Positions 50,085 through 60,245 are shown, counted from the stretch's first letter. The stretch is 64,000 nucleotides of DNA from an uncultured Gammaproteobacteria bacterium (GCA_965231005.1 OZ246405.1:39204-103203), one strand, 5' to 3'. Program-made: numbers and translations. The notes: a model not told the origin generated them from the letters alone.

Positions 50085-50827
50085 CCGATTTTAAATAAAT
50101 ACCAGACAAGAGAACCAAGGACAATAATTGATCCAAAAATCACTGCAAGCCCAATAGTAAAGCTACCTTCTTGGATCCCAATCATAGAATACCGTAATCC
50201 ATCAACAAAGTAGAAGAACGGATTAAATTTTACAAATATCTGTGCTTTTTCTGGCAACATGGTGATTGAATTAAACACGCCGCCCAAAAACGTAAGTGGT
50301 GTTATGATGAATGTGTTTAAAAGTGCAAGTTGTTCAAAACCATCTGACCAAAGACCAATAAGCAATCCAATAAGAGAAAAAATAAGTGCAACAGAAATAC
50401 TATAAAAAAGAAATAACCCAAGGTTTGCCATGTTTGCTGCACTAAATAAAATAGCAATAATATAGACACCAAATCCAACAATTAATCCACGCGTCACACC
50501 GCCAATCACATATCCCAAAACAATTTCCAAATGAGAAAGTGGTGCAACTAATACTTCTTCGATGTGCTTTGCAAAACGCTGAAAGTACAAAGACGAAGAT
50601 GTTTGAGAATACGTTGAAGAAATAAGATTTAACATGACAATTCCTGGAAGGACAAAGTCAATGTAACTCACACCAACAATGAGATCAATGCGTGAACCAA
50701 CAATATATCCAAATACTAAAATGTATAAAAGCGCATTAATCCATGGACTCACAAGTGTTTGTGTACCAACACGAAGAAAGCGCTGCACTTCTTTATAAAC
50801 ATGTGTTTGTAATCCTATAACATTCAT
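50066..50827 (-). CDS. ABC-2 type transporter permease
   Basis: Six TM helices; overlaps the ATPase gene stop. Confidence 0.7.
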   Translation of the reverse strand: MNVIGLQTHVYKEVQRFLRVGTQTLVSPWINALLYILVFGYIVGSRIDLIVGVSYIDFVLPGIVMLNLISSTYSQTSSSLYFQRFAKHIEEVLVAPLSHLEIVLGYVIGGVTRGLIVGFGVYIIAILFSAANMANLGLFLFYSISVALIFSLIGLLIGLWSDGFEQLALLNTFIITPLTFLGGVFNSITMLPEKAQIFVKFNPFFYFVDGLRYSMIGIQEGSFTIGLAVIFGSIIVLGSLVWYLFKIGWKIRT

Positions 50828-51546
50828 ATACGTTCTTTGGTAATTTCAAGATATCTTTTTTCAAGTGTTTTTCCCCCTTTTGTAAATTCTTCTTTCTTCC
50901 CAACAGCAACAAGCTTTCCATGATTGATAATTCCTATTCTGTCACAAAGATGTTCTACCTCTTCAAGATAATGAGAAGTAAACAAAATTGTTTTTCCTTC
51001 TTTATTAATTTTCTTTAAATATTCCCAAAGCTCATGTCGCAATTCTACATCAACACCTGCAGTCGGTTCATCAAGAATAAGAAGATCTGGATCATGCATC
51101 ATAGCGCGAGCAAGCATAACACGTCGTTTTAATCCACCAGACAATTCACGGAATTTCTTTTCTGCATGCGCTGTCAGTTCAAAAATCTCCAAGAGTTCTT
51201 TTATTCTTTTTTTCCGTTCTGATCGCTTTACTCCAAAAAAACCAGCATTAAACCAAAGAATATTTTTTACTTTTGCAAATACATCAACATTGTATTCTTG
51301 TGCAGAAATACCAATATTAAATCTGGCTTCTCTATAGTCTTTTTGAACATCTTTTCCAAAAAGTGTTATCGTGCCTTTTGAAAATTTTCCTACGCCAGTA
51401 ATACAACTTATGGTCGATGTTTTTCCAGCGCCATTTGGACCAAGAAAACCAAAAAATTCTCCTTTTGGAATTTCCAAATTTAAATTATCTACAGCAACAA
51501 AATCACCATATTGTTTTGTAAAATTTTTTATTTCTAAAGCTAACAT
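50824..51546 (-). CDS. ABC transporter ATP-binding protein
   Basis: Walker A GPNGAGKTS, signature LSGGLKRR, Walker B LLILDEPT. Confidence 0.85.
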   Translation of the reverse strand: MLALEIKNFTKQYGDFVAVDNLNLEIPKGEFFGFLGPNGAGKTSTISCITGVGKFSKGTITLFGKDVQKDYREARFNIGISAQEYNVDVFAKVKNILWFNAGFFGVKRSERKKRIKELLEIFELTAHAEKKFRELSGGLKRRVMLARAMMHDPDLLILDEPTAGVDVELRHELWEYLKKINKEGKTILFTSHYLEEVEHLCDRIGIINHGKLVAVGKKEEFTKGGKTLEKRYLEITKERI

Positions 51547-51549
51547 AAT

Positions 51550-51668
51550 AAAATGCTTTAAAGGCCATAAAAGCCATAAATGCTGTAAAAGCTCTTGTAT
51601 TAATCAATATCACACCAAGTAAAGCCTTTAAGGCCTTTATGGCTTTTAAAGCTTTTTCAGCCTTTTAA
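51550..51668. repeat. inverted pair of 9-bp periodic arrays (left reverse orientation 51550-51596, right forward 51621-51668) around a 25-bp core
   Basis: AAATGCTTT AAAGGCCAT AAAAGCCAT AAATGCTGT AAAAGCTCT ... AAAGCCTTT AAGGCCTTT ATGGCTTTT AAAGCTTTT TCAGCCTTTT. Confidence 0.6.
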
Positions 51669-52400
51669 GAACTGTTTTATTTTTCTCATTATTCTCCACT
51701 TCATAAGAGAACGAGTACTCAGATGTCCACCTTCTTTTAGAAACAACGTGGCAGAGCCAATATCTTTTGCAAATTGCTTTACAGGTTCTGGCAACACTAC
51801 TTCATCGTCTAGTGCATGGATAATCATAACTTTTTTTCCATCAATACGATCCTTTTGTGCAACTGGATTATAAAATGTACCTTCGCTTAACTTTTTCCAA
51901 TCTGCCATATCATATCTGTACCCTTGTCCAAATGATTTTTGCACTGTTTCTCCTAACCAATCAATTGGTTCATCTCGACTCTCTTGTGTCCAATCAACAA
52001 CAGGAGAAACGCAGATAATTTTTTTGACTCGTGGGTCTTTTGAAACAAGCATTGCAGCTGGACCGCCAAAACTGCTTCCAACAATGTATATTTCTGGTTT
52101 TTCAATCTTATATTCGGCTCCATCCCAAAGACTTATAAAAGATTTGTGAATACCATCAATAACATCAAGAATATCTTTTGTTGGTTCGTCTTTTAAAAAT
52201 GTACCACTACTTTCCCACGTTCCTCTGTACCTTGGAAAAAATGACCAATAGTTATTCTTATGCATCGCCATCATGGCACGCTTATTCCCTGGCAAACCTG
52301 GCATGCCTTTACAAAAAATCATCACCTTGTTTGATGGTTTCTGTGGAGGTAAAAATTCGCAAATAATGTCCTTTTTAAAACGCGTGCGTAGTGCGTGCAT
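51657..52400 (-). CDS. alpha/beta-fold hydrolase
   Basis: GSSFGG nucleophile elbow. Start moved to MHALRTRF (ATG at 52400) because the track N-terminal 20 codons are encoded by the TAGTTTCC-family repeat arm. Confidence 0.55.
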   Translation of the reverse strand: MHALRTRFKKDIICEFLPPQKPSNKVMIFCKGMPGLPGNKRAMMAMHKNNYWSFFPRYRGTWESSGTFLKDEPTKDILDVIDGIHKSFISLWDGAEYKIEKPEIYIVGSSFGGPAAMLVSKDPRVKKIICVSPVVDWTQESRDEPIDWLGETVQKSFGQGYRYDMADWKKLSEGTFYNPVAQKDRIDGKKVMIIHALDDEVVLPEPVKQFAKDIGSATLFLKEGGHLSTRSLMKWRIMRKIKQFLKG

Positions 52401-52404
52401 AAAA

Positions 52405-52651
52405 TCAGAAATTAGAAATTGGAAATTAGGGATCAAACTAGGAACAACTATATAGTACACAGATTACCAAGATAAAAACAGATTTACCAGGATCTGATCC
52501 CTGCCTGCCGGCAGGCAGGTGTGAAAATCCTGGTCGATCCTGGAAATCTGTGTACTATTTAATCGAAACTAGATAATATATAATTCGAAAATTTAAACTA
52601 AAACAACCTAATTTACTTCCCCAATTTCTAGTTTCTAATTTTTAATTTCCT
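52405..52651. mobile_element. compound nested palindromic element: outer arms are TAGTTTCC-type 8-mer arrays, inner arms CAGATTTACCAGGATC/GATCCTGGAAATCTG, centre is the perfect GC palindrome CCTGCCTGCCGGCAGGCAGG (52500-52519)
   Basis: Left arm CAGAAATTAGAAATTGGAAATTAGGGATC; right arm CCCAATTTCTAGTTTCTAATTTTTAATTTCC; additional pair GTACACAGAT/ATCTGTGTAC. Confidence 0.55.
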
Positions 52652-53134
52652 TCTTATATATGGATGCCAATAATGAACAAAAATTACTCCCAATACTATC
52701 CAGAGAAACATGTGCCAAATATCAGTGTGCCCATGAAGATTTAAAGCATTTTCACTATAGTCCCAAAGTCTTCTTCCAAAGAACCATAATCCAATAATTC
52801 CACCAATGTATTCAACAATTGTGAAAATAATTCCTGGCATAATTTCACGAAAAAACGCTGGAAACTTTTCTATAAGAGGCTGAGCTATTATTACAGCAAC
52901 TGCTCCACATCCATAAATAAGTGCAAACGGAACATACACTCCAAACGATATTGCCGCGCCCCCAAATACAAATTCCATTGGTCCTAAGCTCCAAATTGCA
53001 GAATCAATAAACCAACCAATAAATCCGTAAATAAAGAAAAAATAGATAAGAGATTTATAATATTTTTTTTGTTTTTTATTCATAGCAATAATCAAATAAT
53101 AACACAACATCGCCGTTTTGGCGATGTTGTTCAA
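52628..53134 (-). CDS. hypothetical polytopic membrane protein
   Basis: 4-5 TM helices. Confidence 0.45.
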   Translation of the reverse strand: MNNIAKTAMLCYYLIIAMNKKQKKYYKSLIYFFFIYGFIGWFIDSAIWSLGPMEFVFGGAAISFGVYVPFALIYGCGAVAVIIAQPLIEKFPAFFREIMPGIIFTIVEYIGGIIGLWFFGRRLWDYSENALNLHGHTDIWHMFLWIVLGVIFVHYWHPYIRRKLKIRN

Positions 53135-53147
53135 TTTGTACTAATTG

Positions 53148-53534
53148 TTATGCCCAGTATCCCATGTAACTAAGCCAAAGACCAATGATCAGAGTAAATA
53201 AAATTGCAAATCCAGTCCACCAAGATTTCTTTGCTTGTTTTTCAGACCAACGAATAAATGAGTCTGGCCACACCATAAAGATTATTCCTTTGATAACAGC
53301 TCCCCATCCAAATAAGGTAATAAGACCCTTGTAACTCCATTCCCAAATGTTGTGAACATTTACCATTAAGAGTCCAATAAGGAGTGCAAACATAGAAAAT
53401 GTCCAGACAGCCCCATCACTTTTTTTAAAATGAGCGACTAAATCCTTGTACATGTTTTTGTTTACAAGAAATGCAAGCGCAATCACTAAATAAAACGGAC
53501 CAAGGATGCGAGCGAGAAGCATTGATGTTTCCAT
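53148..53534 (-). CDS. hypothetical membrane protein
   Basis: Four TM helices. Confidence 0.45.
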   Translation of the reverse strand: METSMLLARILGPFYLVIALAFLVNKNMYKDLVAHFKKSDGAVWTFSMFALLIGLLMVNVHNIWEWSYKGLITLFGWGAVIKGIIFMVWPDSFIRWSEKQAKKSWWTGFAILFTLIIGLWLSYMGYWA

Positions 53535-53578
53535 AGTTACTTAAATTAAATAATGAATACAAACAAATCTGTTTTAGA

Positions 53579-53628
53579 TGAGAGCTTTTAAGGCCTTTTA
53601 AGCTTTTATAGCCTTTACGGCATTTTCT
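53579..53628. repeat. 9-bp periodic array (GAGCTTTT AAGGCCTTTT AAGCTTTT ATAGCCTTT ACGGCATTTT)
   Basis: Read directly; abuts the stop of the 1742-aa gene. Confidence 0.6.
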
Positions 53629-56600
53629 AGAACCAGTCCATTGCTTTTGTAACAAACATAAATGAGTTTGCAAGGGACTTCATAATCTTGAAGAATTGTG
53701 ATACTCCTGGTGTTTCGTCAAATGGAATACTTGAACCAAGAGAACTGAAACTTGTATTTACAGAAGAATCACTATTTGATGCACAGGAGCTTGATTCATA
53801 ACTGCTCCAGCAATATCCATTACACCATCCATAACCAGCACCAGTACAGTCTGATTCTGTGTAACAATAGTTGTAATTTGATGAACAATCTGTTGATGTC
53901 CACTGAGAACTGTCACCATTAGAAGAACTACTGCCAGAATTAGAGCCGCAGGAGCTTGATTCATAACTGCTCCAGCAATATCCATTACACCAACCATAGC
54001 CAGCACCAGTACAGTCTGATTCTGTGTAACAATAGTTGTAATTTGATGAACAATCACCAGATCCAAAAGTATTACTATCTGATCCACTACCACAGTCATT
54101 TGGACAACTTCCACTGCTCTCTCCTGATTCACAAGTTCCATCATTATCACATGCTGAAGAATATGAGTCTGACGATGTATATGAGCCTTCCTGACAGCCA
54201 GTTGGACAACCATTGTCATCCCACTTACACCACTTGTCAGATGAACTTCCGTATTTACAATCATCACAAGAATTTGGTGAGCTACATGTCACTCCTGCTT
54301 TTACACAGGAACCTGTTTGACTGTTGTACTCCCAGCCATCCCATTCACTACATGAAGTGGACCAACTATCCCCTGTTGAACCTGAACTAGTAGATCCTGA
54401 TGATGAACCAGATGAATCTGAACCTGAGCTGTGAGATCCAGATGTTGAACTTCCGCACCCCGTTGCACAGCCACTACTATCCCAAACACATCCATCAGCA
54501 CATAAAGTTGAGTCACAAATTTTATCACCAGTAAAATTATTATATTGATTCAACTTACATGCAGGAGGTGCCTTACAATCTTTTGGACAATTTTCAACTG
54601 TCTCCCCATCGTCACATGTAAAGTTGTAGTTACATGGATCCTTTGGCGGTTCTTCTACAGGTGGGACATAATCTTTGTACTTACATCCTTCAGAACTAAA
54701 CCATTTACATGATGACTGTGCAAAACATGAAGAGTCTGTTGAGTAATCATCACAGTTTACAGTGGTTGGATCTGGCGTCGTGCTTGTTTCAGATGGACAA
54801 TTATCTTCATGATAATTTGATCCGTTTGTTAGATAGCCAGGATAGTTATAATCACATTTTTTCTCATTATTTAACTGACAATATCGCACGCCTGCGCTAT
54901 CCCATCTACTGTACGCAAATCCTGGACACGAATCTTTATCACCTTCATATACTCCACCAGAACAGTCTGCATAACAAGATTCTTTTGTTTCTCCATTATC
55001 ACATGTGCCATTTCCACAAGAATTTCCTGAAGAATAATCCTGACAACCAGTTGGACAACCATTGTCATCCCACTTACATGTAAGACCAGAAGAAGATCCA
55101 TATTTACAACTGTCACAGGATTTTGGTGCACTACAGGTCACACCTTTTGTAATACATGATTCTGTTTCTTTATTATATTCAAACTTCTCACCACAAGAAG
55201 GTGTGCCACTACAATCACTACAACTATCATATGTTTCTCCTGAATCGCAAGAACCATTATAGTTACAACTACCATTTTCTACAAAGTCCTGAGGACAGTT
55301 TGTTGCATCATAGTTACTTCCATTTGTTAAATAACTTGGATAATTGTAATCACACTTGAATTCAGTATTTAGCTGACAATATCTTTTACCAGCTTTATCC
55401 CATTTACTATATGCAAATCCAGGGCAGGAATTCTCATCACCTTCATATTCAGTCTTCTTACAATCAGAAGCACATGTGTCTAATTCTCCTGGAGAGCAGA
55501 TATTATCTCCACAAACATAGTCGCTAGCCCCTCCTGTACAATTAGGTATACCAAATGTTTTCCAGTTTTTATCATTACCAGCATCTGGCATCCAATAAAA
55601 TTCTGATTTTACAATTTTTTTACACTCTGCTGCAATACCAACAATATAACTGTTGTATTCACTGTCAGTTCTATCTAGAATATATGACGATTCAGAATCA
55701 CCATCGTAGAAATACCATGTATATTTTACCCACGTAGGTTTGTCATCTTTTTTCTCTACTAAAATAACATCAAAATGATCTTTACACGCTTGAATCATTT
55801 TTTCTCCAGCATCAGTTCCTCTTGCTTCACAATGTGCTACACCCTCTTCATTTGAATACACTGTTATTCCATCTGGGAATGTGTATCTAAATGGATCTGG
55901 TTTTATTTCTTCATCTTTTTCACATCTATCTGGAATGGAACAACCTTTCTCATCAGTAGTATATACAGTATGTGTTCCTTCAGGACAATACAACATGGTT
56001 GTATAATTACATACCACTTCTTCTTTAATACATTCTCCAGGAATCCAACAGCCATTGTCACTTTTAACTGGCTCACGATAAAAACCAGGAGCACAAGGAG
56101 CTACATAATATTCTGGACAAGCTAAAATTTCTTTTTCTTCACATTTTTGAGTTTTAAAATTGTAATACTTTCCATATCCACAATCATAGTCCTTTGGTTC
56201 ACATTTGTTTAAATGATCATCATAGTAAAAACCATCATCACAATGCTTATAATCAAATGGAACACAGTCACGAGCTTTTTCATCCCATCGATATCCTTGT
56301 TTACAATCTATTGAAGTTGTTTTATGGCATTCTGGAGGATAAATAAACTTTGCTTCTGCTTCATCATAATATCCTTCACATTTGTCTTTTTGATCTGGGA
56401 CACAGTAAGAAAGATCATAATCCCAGTGCATTCCCCAACCACAATTTTTAAACTCTACTGGTGGAACATAATATGGATCTTTTACACATTGTTTTATTTT
56501 TGCATCATAGTAATGTCCAGGTTGACAATCTATAAGAAAATCATCATACGTGACACAATAGCCTAGTCCATAATCCCAGTACCCTGGTGGCTGACATTCA

Positions 56601-58855
56601 GGATGATCTTCAACTTGAATTGCCCACTCACATCCCTTTACACTAGAATTTGCTTTACAATATGCATCACATTCTTCAGGCGTTTTACATAGACCAGCCA
56701 AAGGATTATTCTCTCTGTGTTGAATTTGTTCTGACTCAATTCTATTACGTTCGCGGATCAAATCGTCTGCTAGGCGCTCTTTTTCATGACGTAAATCTTG
56801 TTCTATAAACTGAAGTTGAATTTGTTGACAGACATCGTCACACCACGGATCAAGTTTGAGACGTTCTTCGAAAATCTTCTTTTGCTCTTCATATTTTTTT
56901 GTTGCAATTTCGTATCTGTCGTCAATTTTCTCTTCCCACAATTTCTTACGCTCTTCAAAATCTTCCCAATCAACATCATTTAATTCTTCCCAAAATTTTT
57001 CTTCTTCTTTTCTTTGCTGTCTATCAAATTCATGATGAAGTTCTCTCTCACGAAAATCAAGGGAAGCTCGTGCTATATCTCTCTCCTTTTCAGCTCGTCG
57101 TTCTTCCATCTTTCTTCTCTTAAATTGGATAGCATCTTGGAACCCATCGTCATTATTTCTAATTTCATTAATCACAAAATCTGGAACATCAAAAAATCGT
57201 TCATGGAACTTGTCAAAATCTTCTGGCTCAACAATATCTTGCATATGTCGTTTGAACCGTTCAGCATTCTTTTTTGCAAACTCATCAACAAACGAATCTT
57301 CAAAGTGCAAATTCTCAAATACTGCTATGTCTTCTGGATCAAGAGTTGTAACACGATTCCAAAACTTATCTCCTTCTCTTTTGAATCGTTCTTCTGTCTT
57401 GTGTTGCATGTCTTGCTCAAGTTTTTCAAGAAATGCTCTTTTTGTTGGATCTGACTTTACTTCTTCTTCCAATTCTTGGAGAAGACGGAATGTTTTTGGC
57501 GTTGGATTTTTTGTCATTTCTTCAGAAAGTTTTCTAAACCGCTCTGCTTGATCTTGTGATTCTGAATCTTTAAATTCACTTACAAATGCATCCAAAGATT
57601 GTTTTTCATACTCTTCCATGATTCGGAATTCTTCTCTTTCTGAATCCATACGAGAACGGATATCACTCATCACATGAAGATCATTTACGTCTTCTCTATC
57701 AAAATTCTCAAAGAATGTTTCTCGAATACTCTCTAATTCAAGCTTTTCTTCAAAATTTCGTACAGCAATTTCTTTTGCTTCTTCTATTGCATCTATCATA
57801 TCGAGCGGAATTTCTGCATTTTGTTTAATATGCTCTAAAATACTCATGAGTCGAACCTCATCAGCACTTGCATGCTCAACATATTGCTCAAACTTATCTG
57901 CGCGAACAGCTGCTGGCAACTCTTTTATACTTACTTCAAATCGTTCAAGTGTTTTTCTTCGTGCGTTTTCAATTGCATCTTTTGCTGAATCTGGCACACG
58001 ATCATGAATTACTTCAAGTACCTCCAGATGTTTCAATTCTTTAAATTCAGATCCTGTTTCCTTTTCTAAAACCTCAGTAATACGATCACTCACATCTTCT
58101 GAAGAATCTTCAACTTCCAAAAGAACCTCTGTCAAATCTTCAATGGCTTCTTCTTTTGTCTCTTGGACTTTTGCAACAACTCGTTCAAGACCTCGCGCAG
58201 CATTTTCACCATCTTCTTGCTTTCTCTGTTCAATTTCCTCAAAAATTCCTTTTCCAATAGTATCTAAGAGTGTTCTCCCCTTTAATTGTTTTTCAGTGTA
58301 GTCATCTAAAAATCTTTCAACATCTTCTGGCTGTTCATCTTTTATGTCTTTGAGTCGTTCTGCTGTTCTAGATGCTGATCCAAGTCTTCTTTCAAACTGA
58401 TCAATCATATCAGCACGAATATTTTCAAATCCTTTTTCTTCTGCCAACTGGTGAACTTCTGCAAGATGTTGATTTGCATGCTTGAACTTTAACTCTGCAT
58501 CCTTTACAGGATCAAACGTGAAAAATTCCTGCATGTTCCAACCAAACCGTTTAAATGCATGAAGTGGACTATCTGGCAAAATACGTGCACGTACAGCATC
58601 TAAGTCTTCAGGCCTTACAAATTCATCTTTAAGAACTTCCGGAGGAGCCTCAGTCGACTCTGATGCCACTACAAGTTCTCCAGCAGTTTCTGTTGCATTT
58701 GCTTGACTAGCTTCATCAGTGGTTTGTGCATGAGCTGGCAATGCAATAAATAAAAACGCAGCAATTATGATGCTGCAAAAAAGAAAATAGCGGGCACGAA
58801 ACAAACAAACGATGAGAGAGTTTGTGTGCCATGCCTTATTCAGACGTAAAAACAT
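53627..58855 (-). CDS. giant secreted cysteine-rich repeat protein (1742 aa): signal peptide, ~650-aa Glu/Arg/Lys-rich helical region, then multiple Cys-rich modules
   Basis: Hydrophobic N-terminus. Repeated C(D/E)xGE(T)xxxCxxDC modules. Duplicated ~130-aa units (PGFAYSKWDKAGKRYCQLN.../PGFAYSRWDSAGVRYCQLN...). Near-identical tandem units DCSSNYNYCYTESDCTGAGYGWCNGYCWSSYESSSC at the C-terminus. Confidence 0.6.
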   Translation of the reverse strand: MFLRLNKAWHTNSLIVCLFRARYFLFCSIIIAAFLFIALPAHAQTTDEASQANATETAGELVVASESTEAPPEVLKDEFVRPEDLDAVRARILPDSPLHAFKRFGWNMQEFFTFDPVKDAELKFKHANQHLAEVHQLAEEKGFENIRADMIDQFERRLGSASRTAERLKDIKDEQPEDVERFLDDYTEKQLKGRTLLDTIGKGIFEEIEQRKQEDGENAARGLERVVAKVQETKEEAIEDLTEVLLEVEDSSEDVSDRITEVLEKETGSEFKELKHLEVLEVIHDRVPDSAKDAIENARRKTLERFEVSIKELPAAVRADKFEQYVEHASADEVRLMSILEHIKQNAEIPLDMIDAIEEAKEIAVRNFEEKLELESIRETFFENFDREDVNDLHVMSDIRSRMDSEREEFRIMEEYEKQSLDAFVSEFKDSESQDQAERFRKLSEEMTKNPTPKTFRLLQELEEEVKSDPTKRAFLEKLEQDMQHKTEERFKREGDKFWNRVTTLDPEDIAVFENLHFEDSFVDEFAKKNAERFKRHMQDIVEPEDFDKFHERFFDVPDFVINEIRNNDDGFQDAIQFKRRKMEERRAEKERDIARASLDFRERELHHEFDRQQRKEEEKFWEELNDVDWEDFEERKKLWEEKIDDRYEIATKKYEEQKKIFEERLKLDPWCDDVCQQIQLQFIEQDLRHEKERLADDLIRERNRIESEQIQHRENNPLAGLCKTPEECDAYCKANSSVKGCEWAIQVEDHPECQPPGYWDYGLGYCVTYDDFLIDCQPGHYYDAKIKQCVKDPYYVPPVEFKNCGWGMHWDYDLSYCVPDQKDKCEGYYDEAEAKFIYPPECHKTTSIDCKQGYRWDEKARDCVPFDYKHCDDGFYYDDHLNKCEPKDYDCGYGKYYNFKTQKCEEKEILACPEYYVAPCAPGFYREPVKSDNGCWIPGECIKEEVVCNYTTMLYCPEGTHTVYTTDEKGCSIPDRCEKDEEIKPDPFRYTFPDGITVYSNEEGVAHCEARGTDAGEKMIQACKDHFDVILVEKKDDKPTWVKYTWYFYDGDSESSYILDRTDSEYNSYIVGIAAECKKIVKSEFYWMPDAGNDKNWKTFGIPNCTGGASDYVCGDNICSPGELDTCASDCKKTEYEGDENSCPGFAYSKWDKAGKRYCQLNTEFKCDYNYPSYLTNGSNYDATNCPQDFVENGSCNYNGSCDSGETYDSCSDCSGTPSCGEKFEYNKETESCITKGVTCSAPKSCDSCKYGSSSGLTCKWDDNGCPTGCQDYSSGNSCGNGTCDNGETKESCYADCSGGVYEGDKDSCPGFAYSRWDSAGVRYCQLNNEKKCDYNYPGYLTNGSNYHEDNCPSETSTTPDPTTVNCDDYSTDSSCFAQSSCKWFSSEGCKYKDYVPPVEEPPKDPCNYNFTCDDGETVENCPKDCKAPPACKLNQYNNFTGDKICDSTLCADGCVWDSSGCATGCGSSTSGSHSSGSDSSGSSSGSTSSGSTGDSWSTSCSEWDGWEYNSQTGSCVKAGVTCSSPNSCDDCKYGSSSDKWCKWDDNGCPTGCQEGSYTSSDSYSSACDNDGTCESGESSGSCPNDCGSGSDSNTFGSGDCSSNYNYCYTESDCTGAGYGWCNGYCWSSYESSSCGSNSGSSSSNGDSSQWTSTDCSSNYNYCYTESDCTGAGYGWCNGYCWSSYESSSCASNSDSSVNTSFSSLGSSIPFDETPGVSQFFKIMKSLANSFMFVTKAMDWF

Positions 58856-58952
58856 ACAAAAAACTTAATTGTGAAAACAATATACTTAGAGTATACCTGA
58901 ATTTATACTTTTTTTATAACGTTTTCGTTAGTTATCCACAACAAAACAAATC

Positions 58953-59240
58953 TTAAAAAAATTTTGAAGTGATTTCCTGCTTGTACTCTGGAAAATACTT
59001 TTCTATAACATCGAGAGAAAAAGATGTTAAAATTAATTCTTTGGGTTCATGTGTTAGCAAAAATTCAAAAGATTGTGTTAGTAATTCTTCTGGAGAAATC
59101 ATTTCATTTGTAAGTTCTTTCCAATAAGCACGAGAAAGTGAGACATGATGTTGAGACATTGAATCTTCATCTTTTACAACTACACCTATTTCCCAACCAT
59201 CAGCTGCCTCATTCTTGATTGTCACAGAAATTTTTTCCAT
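58953..59240 (-). CDS. hypothetical small protein
   Basis: 95-aa ORF. Confidence 0.35.
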   Translation of the reverse strand: MEKISVTIKNEAADGWEIGVVVKDEDSMSQHHVSLSRAYWKELTNEMISPEELLTQSFEFLLTHEPKELILTSFSLDVIEKYFPEYKQEITSKFF

Positions 59241-59286
59241 ATATTTTTTATGTTATACTTTCTTCATCTATTATAAAGTACATGCT

Positions 59287-59799
59287 ATGAAAAATATACT
59301 CCTCCCTATCCTTGTTGTCACAGTATTGCTTCTGCCTGGATGTGGAATAAAAAAACAAACCCAACAGTATTGGACTCTTTATTCAAATGAGACACAAGGT
59401 TTTGCTATCCCCCATCTTGCAGATTGGTATGTAAAAGAATTTACTATTCCTGCTGGTTTTCCATTTGCAGCAATTGGATTTGATCCAGAACCAATTATGC
59501 ATAGTACTCCGATAAATGGGAGTAACAATGGAAAAATTATGGTTCAAGTATATGATGCACCATACATGCAAAAAATAATTAATGAAAATAGGACAAAGCC
59601 AGGCTATATTGGTGTTGTAAAAGAATTTGGTGATGCACTTGGTATTCAAATTTCTTTTGAAACTGATAAACCGAGTTTTCAATTTATGACAGTAGTAGAA
59701 AAAAATAATAAAACCTTTGTCATTGCTTCAGAAGAATTGACTGATCAGGAAGATGTAAAGATTTATCAAAAAATGGTCGAAGGATTTTCTTTAGATTAA
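59287..59799 (+). CDS. putative lipoprotein
   Basis: Start at MKNILLPILVVTVLLLPGCG (lipobox LLPGC); internal Met of the track ORF. Confidence 0.5.
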   Translation: MKNILLPILVVTVLLLPGCGIKKQTQQYWTLYSNETQGFAIPHLADWYVKEFTIPAGFPFAAIGFDPEPIMHSTPINGSNNGKIMVQVYDAPYMQKIINENRTKPGYIGVVKEFGDALGIQISFETDKPSFQFMTVVEKNNKTFVIASEELTDQEDVKIYQKMVEGFSLD

Positions 59800-59815
59800 T
59801 AATCACTAATTAATA

Positions 59816-60244
59816 ATGTCTATGGAAATAAATTACCTTGCAGTTCTCGTGACTGCATTCATTCCAATGGTCCTTGGTGCTCTTTGGTACTCACCAGTTG
59901 GATTTGGAAACACTTGGATAAAACTTACTAAGTGGACTCCAGAAGAAATTAAAAAAGCAAAAAATGATAAGGCTGCAATGAACAAGGCCTATGGTCTTGG
60001 ATTTGTTGGTGCATTGGTCCGTTCCTATGTACTTTACTACATGTTACAAATGCTAGAAGTCAGCAGTTGGCAAGCAGGAGCAATGTCAGCATTTTGGATT
60101 TGGCTTGGTTTTGTAGCAGTTGCACAGTGGAGTATGACGCTGTGGGGAAAGAATAAATCTTTCCAATTGTTTTCAATCAACACTGGTTACGAACTTGTCA
60201 CACTCATTTTAATGGGTGCTGTGCTTGGCGCTTGGATGATGTAG
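59816..60244 (+). CDS. hypothetical membrane protein (DUF-type, 4 TM)
   Basis: 142 aa, hydrophobic. Confidence 0.5.
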   Translation: MSMEINYLAVLVTAFIPMVLGALWYSPVGFGNTWIKLTKWTPEEIKKAKNDKAAMNKAYGLGFVGALVRSYVLYYMLQMLEVSSWQAGAMSAFWIWLGFVAVAQWSMTLWGKNKSFQLFSINTGYELVTLILMGAVLGAWMM

Positions 60245-60245
60245 A

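Noticed and set aside
52401-52460. N-terminal 20 codons of track ORF 51657-52460 (MYYIVVPSLIPNFQFLISDF)
   Set aside because: They are encoded by the 8-mer repeat arm (cagaaattagaaattggaaatta). The plausible start is the downstream Met at 52400.
53758-54390. ORFs 53758-54267(-) and 53956-54390(+)
   Set aside because: They are alternative frames inside the 1742-aa gene in its internally repeated region. Their repetitive His/Gln/Val-rich translations are not protein-like.
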